DNA from: Rubripirellula sp.
Lineage (GTDB): Bacteria; Planctomycetota; Planctomycetia; Pirellulales; Pirellulaceae
Assembly (NCBI GenBank): GCA_965216875.1
Contig: OZ244207.1
Span: 4,576,001-4,640,000, forward strand
Reading direction: 5' to 3'
Length of the DNA: 64,000 nucleotides
Below, in pieces: positions 9,068-17,715 of this stretch. Below the pieces are notes generated by a model. The model made no database searches. It was given only the letters and a program-made list of their open reading frames with translations, and had not been told where the DNA came from. The position numbers and the translations under genes are program-made. Every line of letters starts with the position of its first letter. Positions within the stretch are counted from its first letter, which is position 1.

Positions 9068-12058
9068 ATGGCTAAACGTTCACTACCGCGGACGAAGTCA
9101 CGACCAGTCGCGCGTCGGCGTCGACTGATTGTCGAGCATTTGGGTGAGCGCCGAGTGCTGGCGTCGATCACCGGTGCTGTCTTTGATGATGCCAATTTTT
9201 CGTTTCGCCAAGACGATGGTGAAGCGAATGTGCCCAGTCGACTGATCTACATCGACTCTAACGCGAACGCCAAGCTCGACGTCGGCGAACAGTTCGTGGT
9301 GGCAGAACCGGATGGCACCTTCGAGTTCGGTGATCTCGCCGACGGCACCTACCACCTGCGACTCTTCAACGGCACCGATTCTCAACAGCAAACCGCTCCG
9401 GTCGAAGCAACGGTCGTTGGAGAAACGATCAGCATCTCGGGCTCTCAGTTCCTTTTGTCCGATGGCCCCATCGTGCTCGGACAATCAAGCCTTGCGTTCG
9501 GGAACTTGGAATCTGGCCAGAGCCAAGATGTGCCCATCGCATCGGCGCTGACCAAGATGCAGGCTCTTCCTGATGGCACACTGCTGGTGATCGGGAGTGA
9601 TGGAAACGGCGAAACCGCTTGGGTTGTCGACCCCGACGATCAATCCGTTACTCCGGTCGACGCGGCTGACGAAGCGGTGACGTGGTCCGACGTAGCGATC
9701 GACGGCGAAGGACGCGGCCTGTTGGTCGGCGAAACGGGATCGGTTGCAACACTCTTTTCGGTCGATGCAACAAGCCCGGCGACTGGCATTCAAATCGAAG
9801 CGACAGCAACAAACCTGCCGATCGGGGCACAGGTCATCGCCGCCGACAATGGTCCTCGCAGCGTGATCGCTTCGACCGTCGGCAACGGACTTGAGCTTTC
9901 GCTTTGGAGCAACGCCGAAGCGACAACCATCACCACCGAACCGGTCGAAGTGAGCGGTGGACTCGAACTGCTGGCCTATGACGACGCTGCTGGTCTGGTC
10001 GCACTTCGAACGATTTCGGGTGGTGTCAGCGTTCACGATGTGAACCAAGACTTTGCCACACTCCACGCACTTCCCGATGTTGACGGACCGGTCGCGATCG
10101 ACGGCAGTCGCGATCTACTAGTAACCGTTTCACCGGTCGACGCGATGTTGCGATTGATCGACATTCGAAACGGCGGTCTGATTGCCGACCTTGCCCTTGA
10201 TACATCCATCATTGGTCAAGTCAGTGCACTCGCCATTGGCGATCGAGCCGATGCGATCGTCATGCTCGGTGCGGCCGGAGTGACGGAAGTCGCACTGAAC
10301 AAGGCTTCGTCGAAAACAGTACAGGTCAATGGCGATCAAAACATCGACTCAGTCTTGTTTGGTGTTTCGCTAGCCGATCAAAACAACGCCCCCGACTACG
10401 AGTCTTTCCCGGTCCTTTCGACCATGGAAGACACGCGATTGATCGAAGTGGCGCCCACGGCCCTCAATGGCGCAATCGATCTTGAAAACGACGAGTTCGT
10501 TCTCATCCAAGAAAGCAACGCAGCCAATGGCGAGGCTGTCCTGTCGCTTCGCGGCGACGTCGACTACACGCCGAACGACAATTTCTCCGGCATCGACCGG
10601 GTCATGGTTCGGCTGCATGACGGCCGCTCACTATCGGACCCCATCGCATTGCCGATCCAAGTGATTGGTACTCCCGATCCACCGATCGACATTGACGTCA
10701 GCGACGACCCAATCCCCGAGAACATTCGTCCCCGTCGGCCGGTCGCTGACATTGAAGTGATCGACGTCGATCTCGACCACAACCACGTCATTACCCTGAA
10801 CGACGGACGTTTCGAAGTCATCAATGGCGAAATTGTCTTTGTCCGCGGCCACATCGACTTCGAAGGCGAACCCTTCATCATCCTCGACATCGACATCCAC
10901 GATGAAGAAGCTGGTGAGACCATCTATCGAACGGCAACGTTCCGCGTGCAGGATGAAAATGACCCTGTCACCGCCATCACGCCAAACAACGGATCCATTG
11001 GCGAGAACGAATTTGGCGGCAGCATCGTTACCCTGACGGTCGAAGACCAGGACGCCTGGCAAACCCACGAGTTCGCCGTTGATGACGATCGTTTCTTTGT
11101 CGAAGGCAACGAGCTAAAGCTCAAGCCCGACCAATCGATCGACTACGAGCTTGAACAGCAAGTGATCGTCAATGTCACTGCCAATGATGGACACGGCAGT
11201 TCACTTACCAAGCCGGTCACGGTGTTCGTACTCGATATAGACGAAAACCCTCACTCGCTTGACCTGACCGATCATGCCGTCGTTGAACTCACCCCCGGAG
11301 CCTCGGCGGGTCACGTCATCATCAACGATGCTCCACCGAATGCTCGGTTTGAAATCACGGTCGATGACCCCCGTTTTGAAGTCGACGGAGACCAGCTGAA
11401 ACTTCTCGAGGACCAATTCGTCGAGCGTGCCGAACAAGAAGAGATTGAACTGACCATCGCCGCCACGGACACCGATGGCGAATTACAGTCCATCGAAGAA
11501 ACGTTCATCATCACGGTCTTTGAAAACGCTGCTCCCTACCACAACGATTCCAATCCTTACGATGTTGAACGCAGCGGCGATGTCACCGCCGTCGACGCAT
11601 TGGTGATCATCAACTTCTTGAACTCGTTCGGACCGGGACCGGTTGGACGCGCTGCCCCGACGCACTATTACGACGTCAACGCCGACGGCATGGTGACGGC
11701 ACTCGACGCACTCTTGGTCCTCAACGAAATCAACCGTGCCAACAACACCGGCACGGTCGGTTCGGAACAGCAGCAACGAAGCAAATACGAATCCACACCG
11801 TCGAAGCCGCAATCCGAGATCCAAGCGGCGCCAGAAGAAGCCAGCTCAAACGATGAGAGTGAAACGGATCCTGTTGTTGCATCGAACAGGGAAGAGCTCT
11901 TCAGTAACTGGGCTGGCAAAAGCTCGACACGCTCCGCTGGTTCGGCATTGCCAAGTGCAGCACCGTTGGCATCCGACCTTCAAGACGATGACGATGACAA
12001 CGATGGCATCTCGCCATCGGTCGATGAAACCATCGACCTACTGTCCTCCGATCAGTAG
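9068..12058 (+). CDS. Large surface protein: Planctomycete-extracellular motif, SdrD-B-like domain, beta-propeller-like region, Ig/cadherin repeats, C-terminal dockerin type I
   Basis: RRRLIVEHLGERRVLA; ITGAVFDD...YIDSNANAKLDVGE; cadherin motifs IDFE, IDYE, DENDP; dockerin DVERSGDVTAVDALVIIN / DVNADGMVTALDALLVLN. Confidence 0.88.
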   Translation: MAKRSLPRTKSRPVARRRRLIVEHLGERRVLASITGAVFDDANFSFRQDDGEANVPSRLIYIDSNANAKLDVGEQFVVAEPDGTFEFGDLADGTYHLRLFNGTDSQQQTAPVEATVVGETISISGSQFLLSDGPIVLGQSSLAFGNLESGQSQDVPIASALTKMQALPDGTLLVIGSDGNGETAWVVDPDDQSVTPVDAADEAVTWSDVAIDGEGRGLLVGETGSVATLFSVDATSPATGIQIEATATNLPIGAQVIAADNGPRSVIASTVGNGLELSLWSNAEATTITTEPVEVSGGLELLAYDDAAGLVALRTISGGVSVHDVNQDFATLHALPDVDGPVAIDGSRDLLVTVSPVDAMLRLIDIRNGGLIADLALDTSIIGQVSALAIGDRADAIVMLGAAGVTEVALNKASSKTVQVNGDQNIDSVLFGVSLADQNNAPDYESFPVLSTMEDTRLIEVAPTALNGAIDLENDEFVLIQESNAANGEAVLSLRGDVDYTPNDNFSGIDRVMVRLHDGRSLSDPIALPIQVIGTPDPPIDIDVSDDPIPENIRPRRPVADIEVIDVDLDHNHVITLNDGRFEVINGEIVFVRGHIDFEGEPFIILDIDIHDEEAGETIYRTATFRVQDENDPVTAITPNNGSIGENEFGGSIVTLTVEDQDAWQTHEFAVDDDRFFVEGNELKLKPDQSIDYELEQQVIVNVTANDGHGSSLTKPVTVFVLDIDENPHSLDLTDHAVVELTPGASAGHVIINDAPPNARFEITVDDPRFEVDGDQLKLLEDQFVERAEQEEIELTIAATDTDGELQSIEETFIITVFENAAPYHNDSNPYDVERSGDVTAVDALVIINFLNSFGPGPVGRAAPTHYYDVNADGMVTALDALLVLNEINRANNTGTVGSEQQQRSKYESTPSKPQSEIQAAPEEASSNDESETDPVVASNREELFSNWAGKSSTRSAGSALPSAAPLASDLQDDDDDNDGISPSVDETIDLLSSDQ

Positions 12059-12110
12059 TCCGCCGAGAGGTAAGATTATCTGGGTTGTGAGCCGAACGCG
12101 CTAGCGTCGG

Positions 12111-12607
12111 GCCTTTCCGCCAACCCCCAACGGCTAACTCCACAGGCCGTAACTACCTTCGCCAGAAGGTGGTTTGCATTGGTAGATCGTGTTCCACTTT
12201 CACCACGCTCTGGCGAGCGTAGCTACCCAGGTGCGATGCCTTTCCGCCAACCTTGAACGGTTAGTTCCACAGGCCGTAGCTACCTTCGCCAGAAGGTGGT
12301 TTGCATTGGTAGATCGTGTTCCACTTTCACCACGCTCTGGCGAGCGTAGCTACCTAGGTGCGATGCCTTTCCGCCAACCTTGAACGGTTAGTTCCACAGG
12401 CCGTAGCTACCTTCGCCAGAAGGTGGTTTGCATTGGTAGACCGTGTTCCACTTTCACCACGCTCTGGCGAGCGTAGCTACGTAGGTGCGATGCCTTTCCG
12501 CCAACCTTGAACGGTTAGTTCCACAGGCCGTAGCTACCTTCGCCAGAAGGTGGTTTGCATTGGTAGACCGTGTTCCACTTTCACCACGCTCTGGCGAGCG
12601 TAGCTAC
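12111..12607. repeat. Tandem array of four 127-bp units, each with an inverted REP pair (BIME-like)
   Basis: Units start at 12111, 12238, 12365, 12492; each contains GTAGCTACCTTCGCCAGAAGGTGG (GTAACTAC in unit 1) ... CCACGCTCTGGCGAGCGTAGCTAC; preceded by GTGAGCCGAACGCGCTAGCGTCGGGCC at 12087. Confidence 0.95.
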
Positions 12608-12623
12608 AAACTGCGACCTTGGA

Positions 12624-15600
12624 CTAACGCCCCGGTTTGGTCATCATCAACTTGTAGTGGCCGCTTCCTAACAGGTCATCGATCCTATCCCGCAATTCGG
12701 TCGTCACTTCAACTCGATAACGATCGCTCTTGAGGTGAACGACTTCGCCTTCGGCCATTTCCATGCTGAAGAGCAATTCTTGCGACCCTGGATAACCACG
12801 CAGAATCTCACGCAACCGCGTCATCGTTTCGGCATCATGCGTCTGCTCTTCTAGGCGAATCCGCATCCCGTGGGTGTAGCGTGTATCAAGGTCGTCGATG
12901 GGGATCAGGTCATCGATGATCAGGTTCGCTTCGTCACCGCCGCGGCGGTCGATCTTACCTTTGGCCAAGACCACCGCATCAGGCTGGACGCGTTCGCCGC
13001 AGACGGCGAAACCCTTTGGCCAAACAATACAGCGAATGCCGCCTTGCATGTCCTCCAAGTCAAAGTTGGCGTACTTGCTCGGGTTGCCCGGCTTTGCGTT
13101 CTTGGTGTGAGCGAGTTTGATTGACGAAATCATGCCGCCCAGGACGACTTCGCCGCGATCTTTCACATCCGCGAGCTTGTCGGTGGTGTGCGTTCGGAAG
13201 GACGCAAGCTTTTGCTCGAACTCGGCCAACGGGTGGCTGGCAAGGTAGAAGCCAAGCACTTCTTTTTCGGCGAGCAACTTTTCGCGTTCTGGCCACTCGT
13301 CCATCTCAGGCATCGGCACGCCTGGCGTCTGTGCTTCTGCCTCATCTTCCTCTTCAAAGGCACCGAACAGGCTTGCTTGGCCACTCTTTTTGTCGGCCTG
13401 GACCGACGCGCCCGCTTGCAGCGCCCGTTCGATCACGGCAGCGAGCTGGCTGCGATGATACCCAAAACAGTCCATCGATCCTGATTTGATCAGCGTCTCG
13501 ATCGCGCTTTTGTTGCACTGAGATGGATCGATGCGTTCACAGAAATCGAAGATATCGCGGAAGGGTCCATTTTTCTTGCGTTCGGCTTCGATCGCGCCGG
13601 CTGCGTTGCCGCAACCTTTGATTGCCGAAAGCGCGAAGTGGATCTTTCCATCGGCAACCGAAAAGTCGGCTTCGCTGGTGTTGACCGAAGGATGGACCAC
13701 TTCGATGTCCATTCGGTCACAGTCCTCCATGTGCTCGACCAGCGCATCCTTACGTTTGAAGTTGCGGCCCGAAATGTCACTCGATAGCAGCGACGCCATA
13801 AACTCAACCGGATAGTGAGCTTTGAGGTACGCAGTTTGGAACGCGACCAAGGCGTAAGCGGTCGAGTGAGACTTGTTGAAGCCGTAGCCGGCGAACTTGA
13901 CGATCAAGTTCCAAATATCCTCGCCGTCCTTTTCGGCCAAACCATTTTCCACACAGCCCTTGATGAAGACCTCGTGGTTCTGGTTGATCAGTGCTTCTTT
14001 CTTTTTACTAATCGCCTTAATACAGGTGTACGCTTTGGCCAGCGGAACATTGCCGAGGCGGTTCAAAATCCGCATCACCTGTTCCTGATAGACCATGATC
14101 GAGTTGGTCTCTTCGAGCACATCTTTCAACACAGGGTGCTTGTACTCAGGCTGCTGACGACCATGTTTGATGTTCACATAGTCGTCGACCATGCCACCTT
14201 CGAGCGGGCCTGGGCGATACAACGCGGCGGTCGCAATGATGTCGGTAAAATGGTCAGGCTTCATCCGCAACAAGAGGTCACGAATACCGCCTGATTCGAG
14301 CTGAAAGACCCCCTTGGTTTCACCGCGTTGCAGCAGCGCGTAGGTTTCTCGGTCATCAAGTGGAAACTTAAGTGGGTCAACCACTTTGCCGGTCGTCTGT
14401 TCGATCAACTGGACCGAACGACTGAGCATCGTCAGGTTGCGAAGACCGAGAAAGTCCATCTTCAACAGTCCCGACGCTTCCACGTCGTTCATCGACCACT
14501 GGGTGATGACGTCCTGTTTACCGGGCACGCGTGTCAGCGGCACGTACTCGGTCAGCGGCTTGTCGGCGATCACCACAGCGGCAGCGTGGGTCCCGACGTT
14601 TCGCGCGAGTCCCTCGATCTTCATCGCCAAGTCAAGCAACTCGCGAATCTCGGGATCGCCGTCATAGGTCATTTTCAGATCAGCACTCTTGGACAGGGCT
14701 GATTTGATCGTGATTTTCAGCTCATCGGGGACCATTTCGGTCACCTGATTGACGCGGGCAAGGGGAACGCCCAGCGCGCGGCCGGTGTCCTTGATCGCCG
14801 CCCGAGCCGCCAACGTTCCGAAGGTCCCGATTTGGCAAACCATCTCGTGACCGTAACGCTCCTTCACGTAGTCGATCACTTCGCCGCGACGTTCTTTTTC
14901 GAAGTCGATATCGATATCAGGCGGTTCGGTTCGACTTTCGTCGAGGAATCGTTCGAACAGCAGGTCGTATCGCAGCGGACAGACGTGCGAGAGGAATAGG
15001 GCGTAACAGACGATCGCGCCCACACCACTACCACGGGCGGTGGCCGAAATCCCCTTCTCGCGAGCGTGATTGACAAAGTCCCAAACGATCAAGAAGTACG
15101 TTGGGTAGCCGAGCTTTTCGATCACTCCGAGTTCGCGATCGAGCCGCGCCATCACCTCGTCACTCAGTTTGCCGTCGACGATCCGTTCGTCGTCACCTTC
15201 GTAACGCTGCAGCAAACCGTCGATGCAGAGCTCGCGCAGGTAATCAATCGGCTTCTTTTCATCGGGGCATTCAAAGTTGGGGAAGTAGTACTTGCCCAAT
15301 TGCAGATCGATGTCGACTTTGTCCGCGATCTCTTGGCTGCGTGCGACCGCGTCGTCCAAACCAGGGAACTTCTCGTACATTTGATCGGGACTGCGCAGGA
15401 AGAACTGGTCGTTCTCCATCTTCATCCGCGACGTGTCGGTACGGAATCTTCCGGTGTTGATGCACAACATGATGTCCTGGGCTTCCGCGTCCTCAGGATC
15501 GACGTAGTGCGTGTCGCTGGTCGCGACGAGTGGCAGTCCCATGCGATTGGCAATATCAACGGCGCCATCCAATTGCATCTTTTGAATGTCGACATCGTTG

Positions 15601-16190
15601 TTCATGATTTCGATGAAGTAGCGATCATCGAAAACGTTATGGAACCAACCGGCGATGTCGCGAGCTTCTTTTTCGTGCTCGGCCGTATCGACGCCTTTGA
15701 TCACGGCACGACTGAATTCGCTACTGACACAGCCCGAAAGACAGACGATGCCTTCGTTGTATTTTTCGAGGATCTCCTTATCGATCCGCGGCTTGAAATA
15801 GAAACCTTCAAGCGACGCGGCACTGGCAAGTTTGATCAGGTTGCGAAAGCCGGTCCGATTCTGGGCCAGCAACGTCAGGTGGTAGCTGGCCGCCTTGCTG
15901 CTTGACGCACCCCCTTTGTCAAAACGACTCCCGGGCGCAATGTACGCCTCGTAGCCGATGATTGGGTTGATATCGACCGATTTACACTTGCGGTAGAACT
16001 CCAGGGCGCCGTGCAGGTTGCCGTGGTCCGTCAACGCCAGCGCGTTCATCCCGTGGTCGACGCAGCGATTGACAAGTCGGCCAATATCACCGGCACCATC
16101 GAGCAAGCTGTAGTGGCTGTGGCAGTGCAAATGAACGAAGGGCCGCTTCGCGGCAGGAGTTTCCAATTCGGCAGTGACGGCGTCCGTCAT
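12624..16190 (-). CDS. dnaE: DNA polymerase III subunit alpha
   Basis: PHP domain FVHLHCHSHYSLLDG and ALTDHGNL; RGSG; PDIDIDF; KMDFLGL; YGFNKSHS; C-terminal OB fold; 1188 aa. Confidence 0.98.
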   Translation of the reverse strand: MTDAVTAELETPAAKRPFVHLHCHSHYSLLDGAGDIGRLVNRCVDHGMNALALTDHGNLHGALEFYRKCKSVDINPIIGYEAYIAPGSRFDKGGASSSKAASYHLTLLAQNRTGFRNLIKLASAASLEGFYFKPRIDKEILEKYNEGIVCLSGCVSSEFSRAVIKGVDTAEHEKEARDIAGWFHNVFDDRYFIEIMNNDVDIQKMQLDGAVDIANRMGLPLVATSDTHYVDPEDAEAQDIMLCINTGRFRTDTSRMKMENDQFFLRSPDQMYEKFPGLDDAVARSQEIADKVDIDLQLGKYYFPNFECPDEKKPIDYLRELCIDGLLQRYEGDDERIVDGKLSDEVMARLDRELGVIEKLGYPTYFLIVWDFVNHAREKGISATARGSGVGAIVCYALFLSHVCPLRYDLLFERFLDESRTEPPDIDIDFEKERRGEVIDYVKERYGHEMVCQIGTFGTLAARAAIKDTGRALGVPLARVNQVTEMVPDELKITIKSALSKSADLKMTYDGDPEIRELLDLAMKIEGLARNVGTHAAAVVIADKPLTEYVPLTRVPGKQDVITQWSMNDVEASGLLKMDFLGLRNLTMLSRSVQLIEQTTGKVVDPLKFPLDDRETYALLQRGETKGVFQLESGGIRDLLLRMKPDHFTDIIATAALYRPGPLEGGMVDDYVNIKHGRQQPEYKHPVLKDVLEETNSIMVYQEQVMRILNRLGNVPLAKAYTCIKAISKKKEALINQNHEVFIKGCVENGLAEKDGEDIWNLIVKFAGYGFNKSHSTAYALVAFQTAYLKAHYPVEFMASLLSSDISGRNFKRKDALVEHMEDCDRMDIEVVHPSVNTSEADFSVADGKIHFALSAIKGCGNAAGAIEAERKKNGPFRDIFDFCERIDPSQCNKSAIETLIKSGSMDCFGYHRSQLAAVIERALQAGASVQADKKSGQASLFGAFEEEDEAEAQTPGVPMPEMDEWPEREKLLAEKEVLGFYLASHPLAEFEQKLASFRTHTTDKLADVKDRGEVVLGGMISSIKLAHTKNAKPGNPSKYANFDLEDMQGGIRCIVWPKGFAVCGERVQPDAVVLAKGKIDRRGGDEANLIIDDLIPIDDLDTRYTHGMRIRLEEQTHDAETMTRLREILRGYPGSQELLFSMEMAEGEVVHLKSDRYRVEVTTELRDRIDDLLGSGHYKLMMTKPGR

Positions 16191-16447
16191 CAGTCACCTT
16201 CGTGGTTATGAAGAGAGGGGTTCTTGAAGCGAGGGGCTCTCGAAGAGAGGGTCAAAAAGCGGGCGTGCGAAGAGTCCTCAAGAGAGTGCCAGCGGCTTGC
16301 CCTGTAGCCTAGCGTTGATAGCGGCAGGGCGCAAGCGGTTACTCATTAGCGAGGTGCGATCGTCGCATTTCGATGAAAAAACCGCGCCATCTGGCAGGGG
16401 GGATCGAATCGCGACAATTGATTTGCCTCAAGGACCGCCCTTTATCC

Positions 16448-16476
16448 TTGGCGACTGGCGATTTCGTTGCCATAAT
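16448..16476 (+). promoter_or_regulatory. Sigma70-type promoter with extended -10
   Basis: TTGGCG-N17-CATAAT with TGn directly before the -10; predicted TSS about 16483. Confidence 0.6.
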
Positions 16477-16482
16477 ACGGAT

Positions 16483-16632
16483 TCGGCATTCGTCCGATCG
16501 CAAGAACCCGCTGTCCTTCGTGGCGAAATTGCCGCCGGAGAGGCTTGAAGTCAACACTTGCGAGACTCGATTCGTCGAGTCCCGGACAGAGCATCGCCTG
16601 ATCCACATGGGGCGTCGTCGAGTTCGGATGCG
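16483..16632 (+). ncRNA. Candidate structured RNA (6S/SsrS-like or cis-regulatory leader of doxX)
   Basis: Nested complementarity: TCCGA(16493)/TCGGA(16624), CTGTCC(16511)/GGACAG(16584), GTGGCG-aaat-TGCCGC, GACTCGA-TTCG-TCGAGTC(16564-16581); lies directly downstream of a good promoter; identity unconfirmed. Confidence 0.4.
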
Positions 16633-16756
16633 TCACTGCGTGAACCACCTCACCGCAGAACTCCCGAGCCCTACGCAGACCCACTGACCGATATCCCTCC
16701 CCACCTGCCGCAGTCGTCGGTCATCCACCAAGTCCACCTACTGGAGCTCACCTTTC

Positions 16757-17710
16757 GTGCAGAAACTCCTCCTGTTCCCATTGCGTTTATGCGTCGGTTG
16801 GGGACTTTCCCCACGCCTGCTCAGTCTGCTGGGGGCGACGATGCTGGTGCTGCTGCGTGTTTCGATCGGCTGGCATTTTTACACCGAAGGCGTCGACAAA
16901 TACCAAACGGGCACCTGGGACGCGACTCCCTTTTTCGCCAACGCGCGTGGCCCCTTTGCCGAAGAGTATCGCAAGCTCGTCTGGGACGCCGATGGCGTGA
17001 TGCGACGCGATGTTGAACAGACCAAGGTCTGGTTCGCAAAGTATCGTGACCGCATTAGCCGGCACTACGGCTATGACGATGCTCAGAAAAAGATCGCTCA
17101 ACAGAACTATGGCGAAGCGATCGGTCGGCTCGAGCAGGTCTTGGCCGAAAACAAAGCCACGATCGAGGAATTCGACCTTGGCCTCGAGCGAATCGCAAAG
17201 CTGGACGACGATGCGATGCGCGATGGTGTGTCGAGCTTGGGCGGCCAGCGCGACACGATTCGCCGCGAGCTAAAAACGCTCGGCGCCCCCGTCTTCGCTC
17301 AGATCGATGCCGTTTGGACAAACTACGAGTCGGCCCAACAGAGCATCGCCAACTCGGAACAAAAAAACGCCCACCCCTCGTTCCCGCTGGGCAAGCCGCG
17401 TCTGGAACGGATGGATACGAACGTGATCAATCGATACGTCCCGTACTTTGACTTGGCGATCGGCCTCTGTTTGCTGCTCGGGTTCTTCACCCCAGTTGCG
17501 GCGTTGGCTGCTGCTGGGTTTCTCGGTTCAGTTTTCCTGAGTCAATACCCGCCCACGACCGGTCCAACTTCTAGCAACTACCAATTGATCGAGTGCATGG
17601 CATGCCTGGTGCTCGCCGCGACCGGCTCAGGTCGTTTCGCAGGCCTCGATTACTTCCTTCATTTAATTGTCCGCAAAGTGTGGGGCATCCGTCCCGCTGA
17701 CAAAGGATAG
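16757..17710 (+). CDS. DoxX-family membrane protein with large extracytoplasmic helical insertion
   Basis: LVLLRVSIGWHFYTEGVDK; DLAIGLCLLLGFFT; GSGRFAGLDYFL. Confidence 0.85.
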   Translation: MQKLLLFPLRLCVGWGLSPRLLSLLGATMLVLLRVSIGWHFYTEGVDKYQTGTWDATPFFANARGPFAEEYRKLVWDADGVMRRDVEQTKVWFAKYRDRISRHYGYDDAQKKIAQQNYGEAIGRLEQVLAENKATIEEFDLGLERIAKLDDDAMRDGVSSLGGQRDTIRRELKTLGAPVFAQIDAVWTNYESAQQSIANSEQKNAHPSFPLGKPRLERMDTNVINRYVPYFDLAIGLCLLLGFFTPVAALAAAGFLGSVFLSQYPPTTGPTSSNYQLIECMACLVLAATGSGRFAGLDYFLHLIVRKVWGIRPADKG

Positions 17711-17715
17711 AGAAC

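Noticed and set aside
12111..12607. CRISPR array
   Set aside because: The intervening sequences are essentially identical rather than unique spacers, the period is 127 bp, no cas genes are present, and the units are made of REPs found elsewhere in the window
12624..16190. Intein or split in dnaE
   Set aside because: Normal length, contiguous motifs and no intein splice signatures seen
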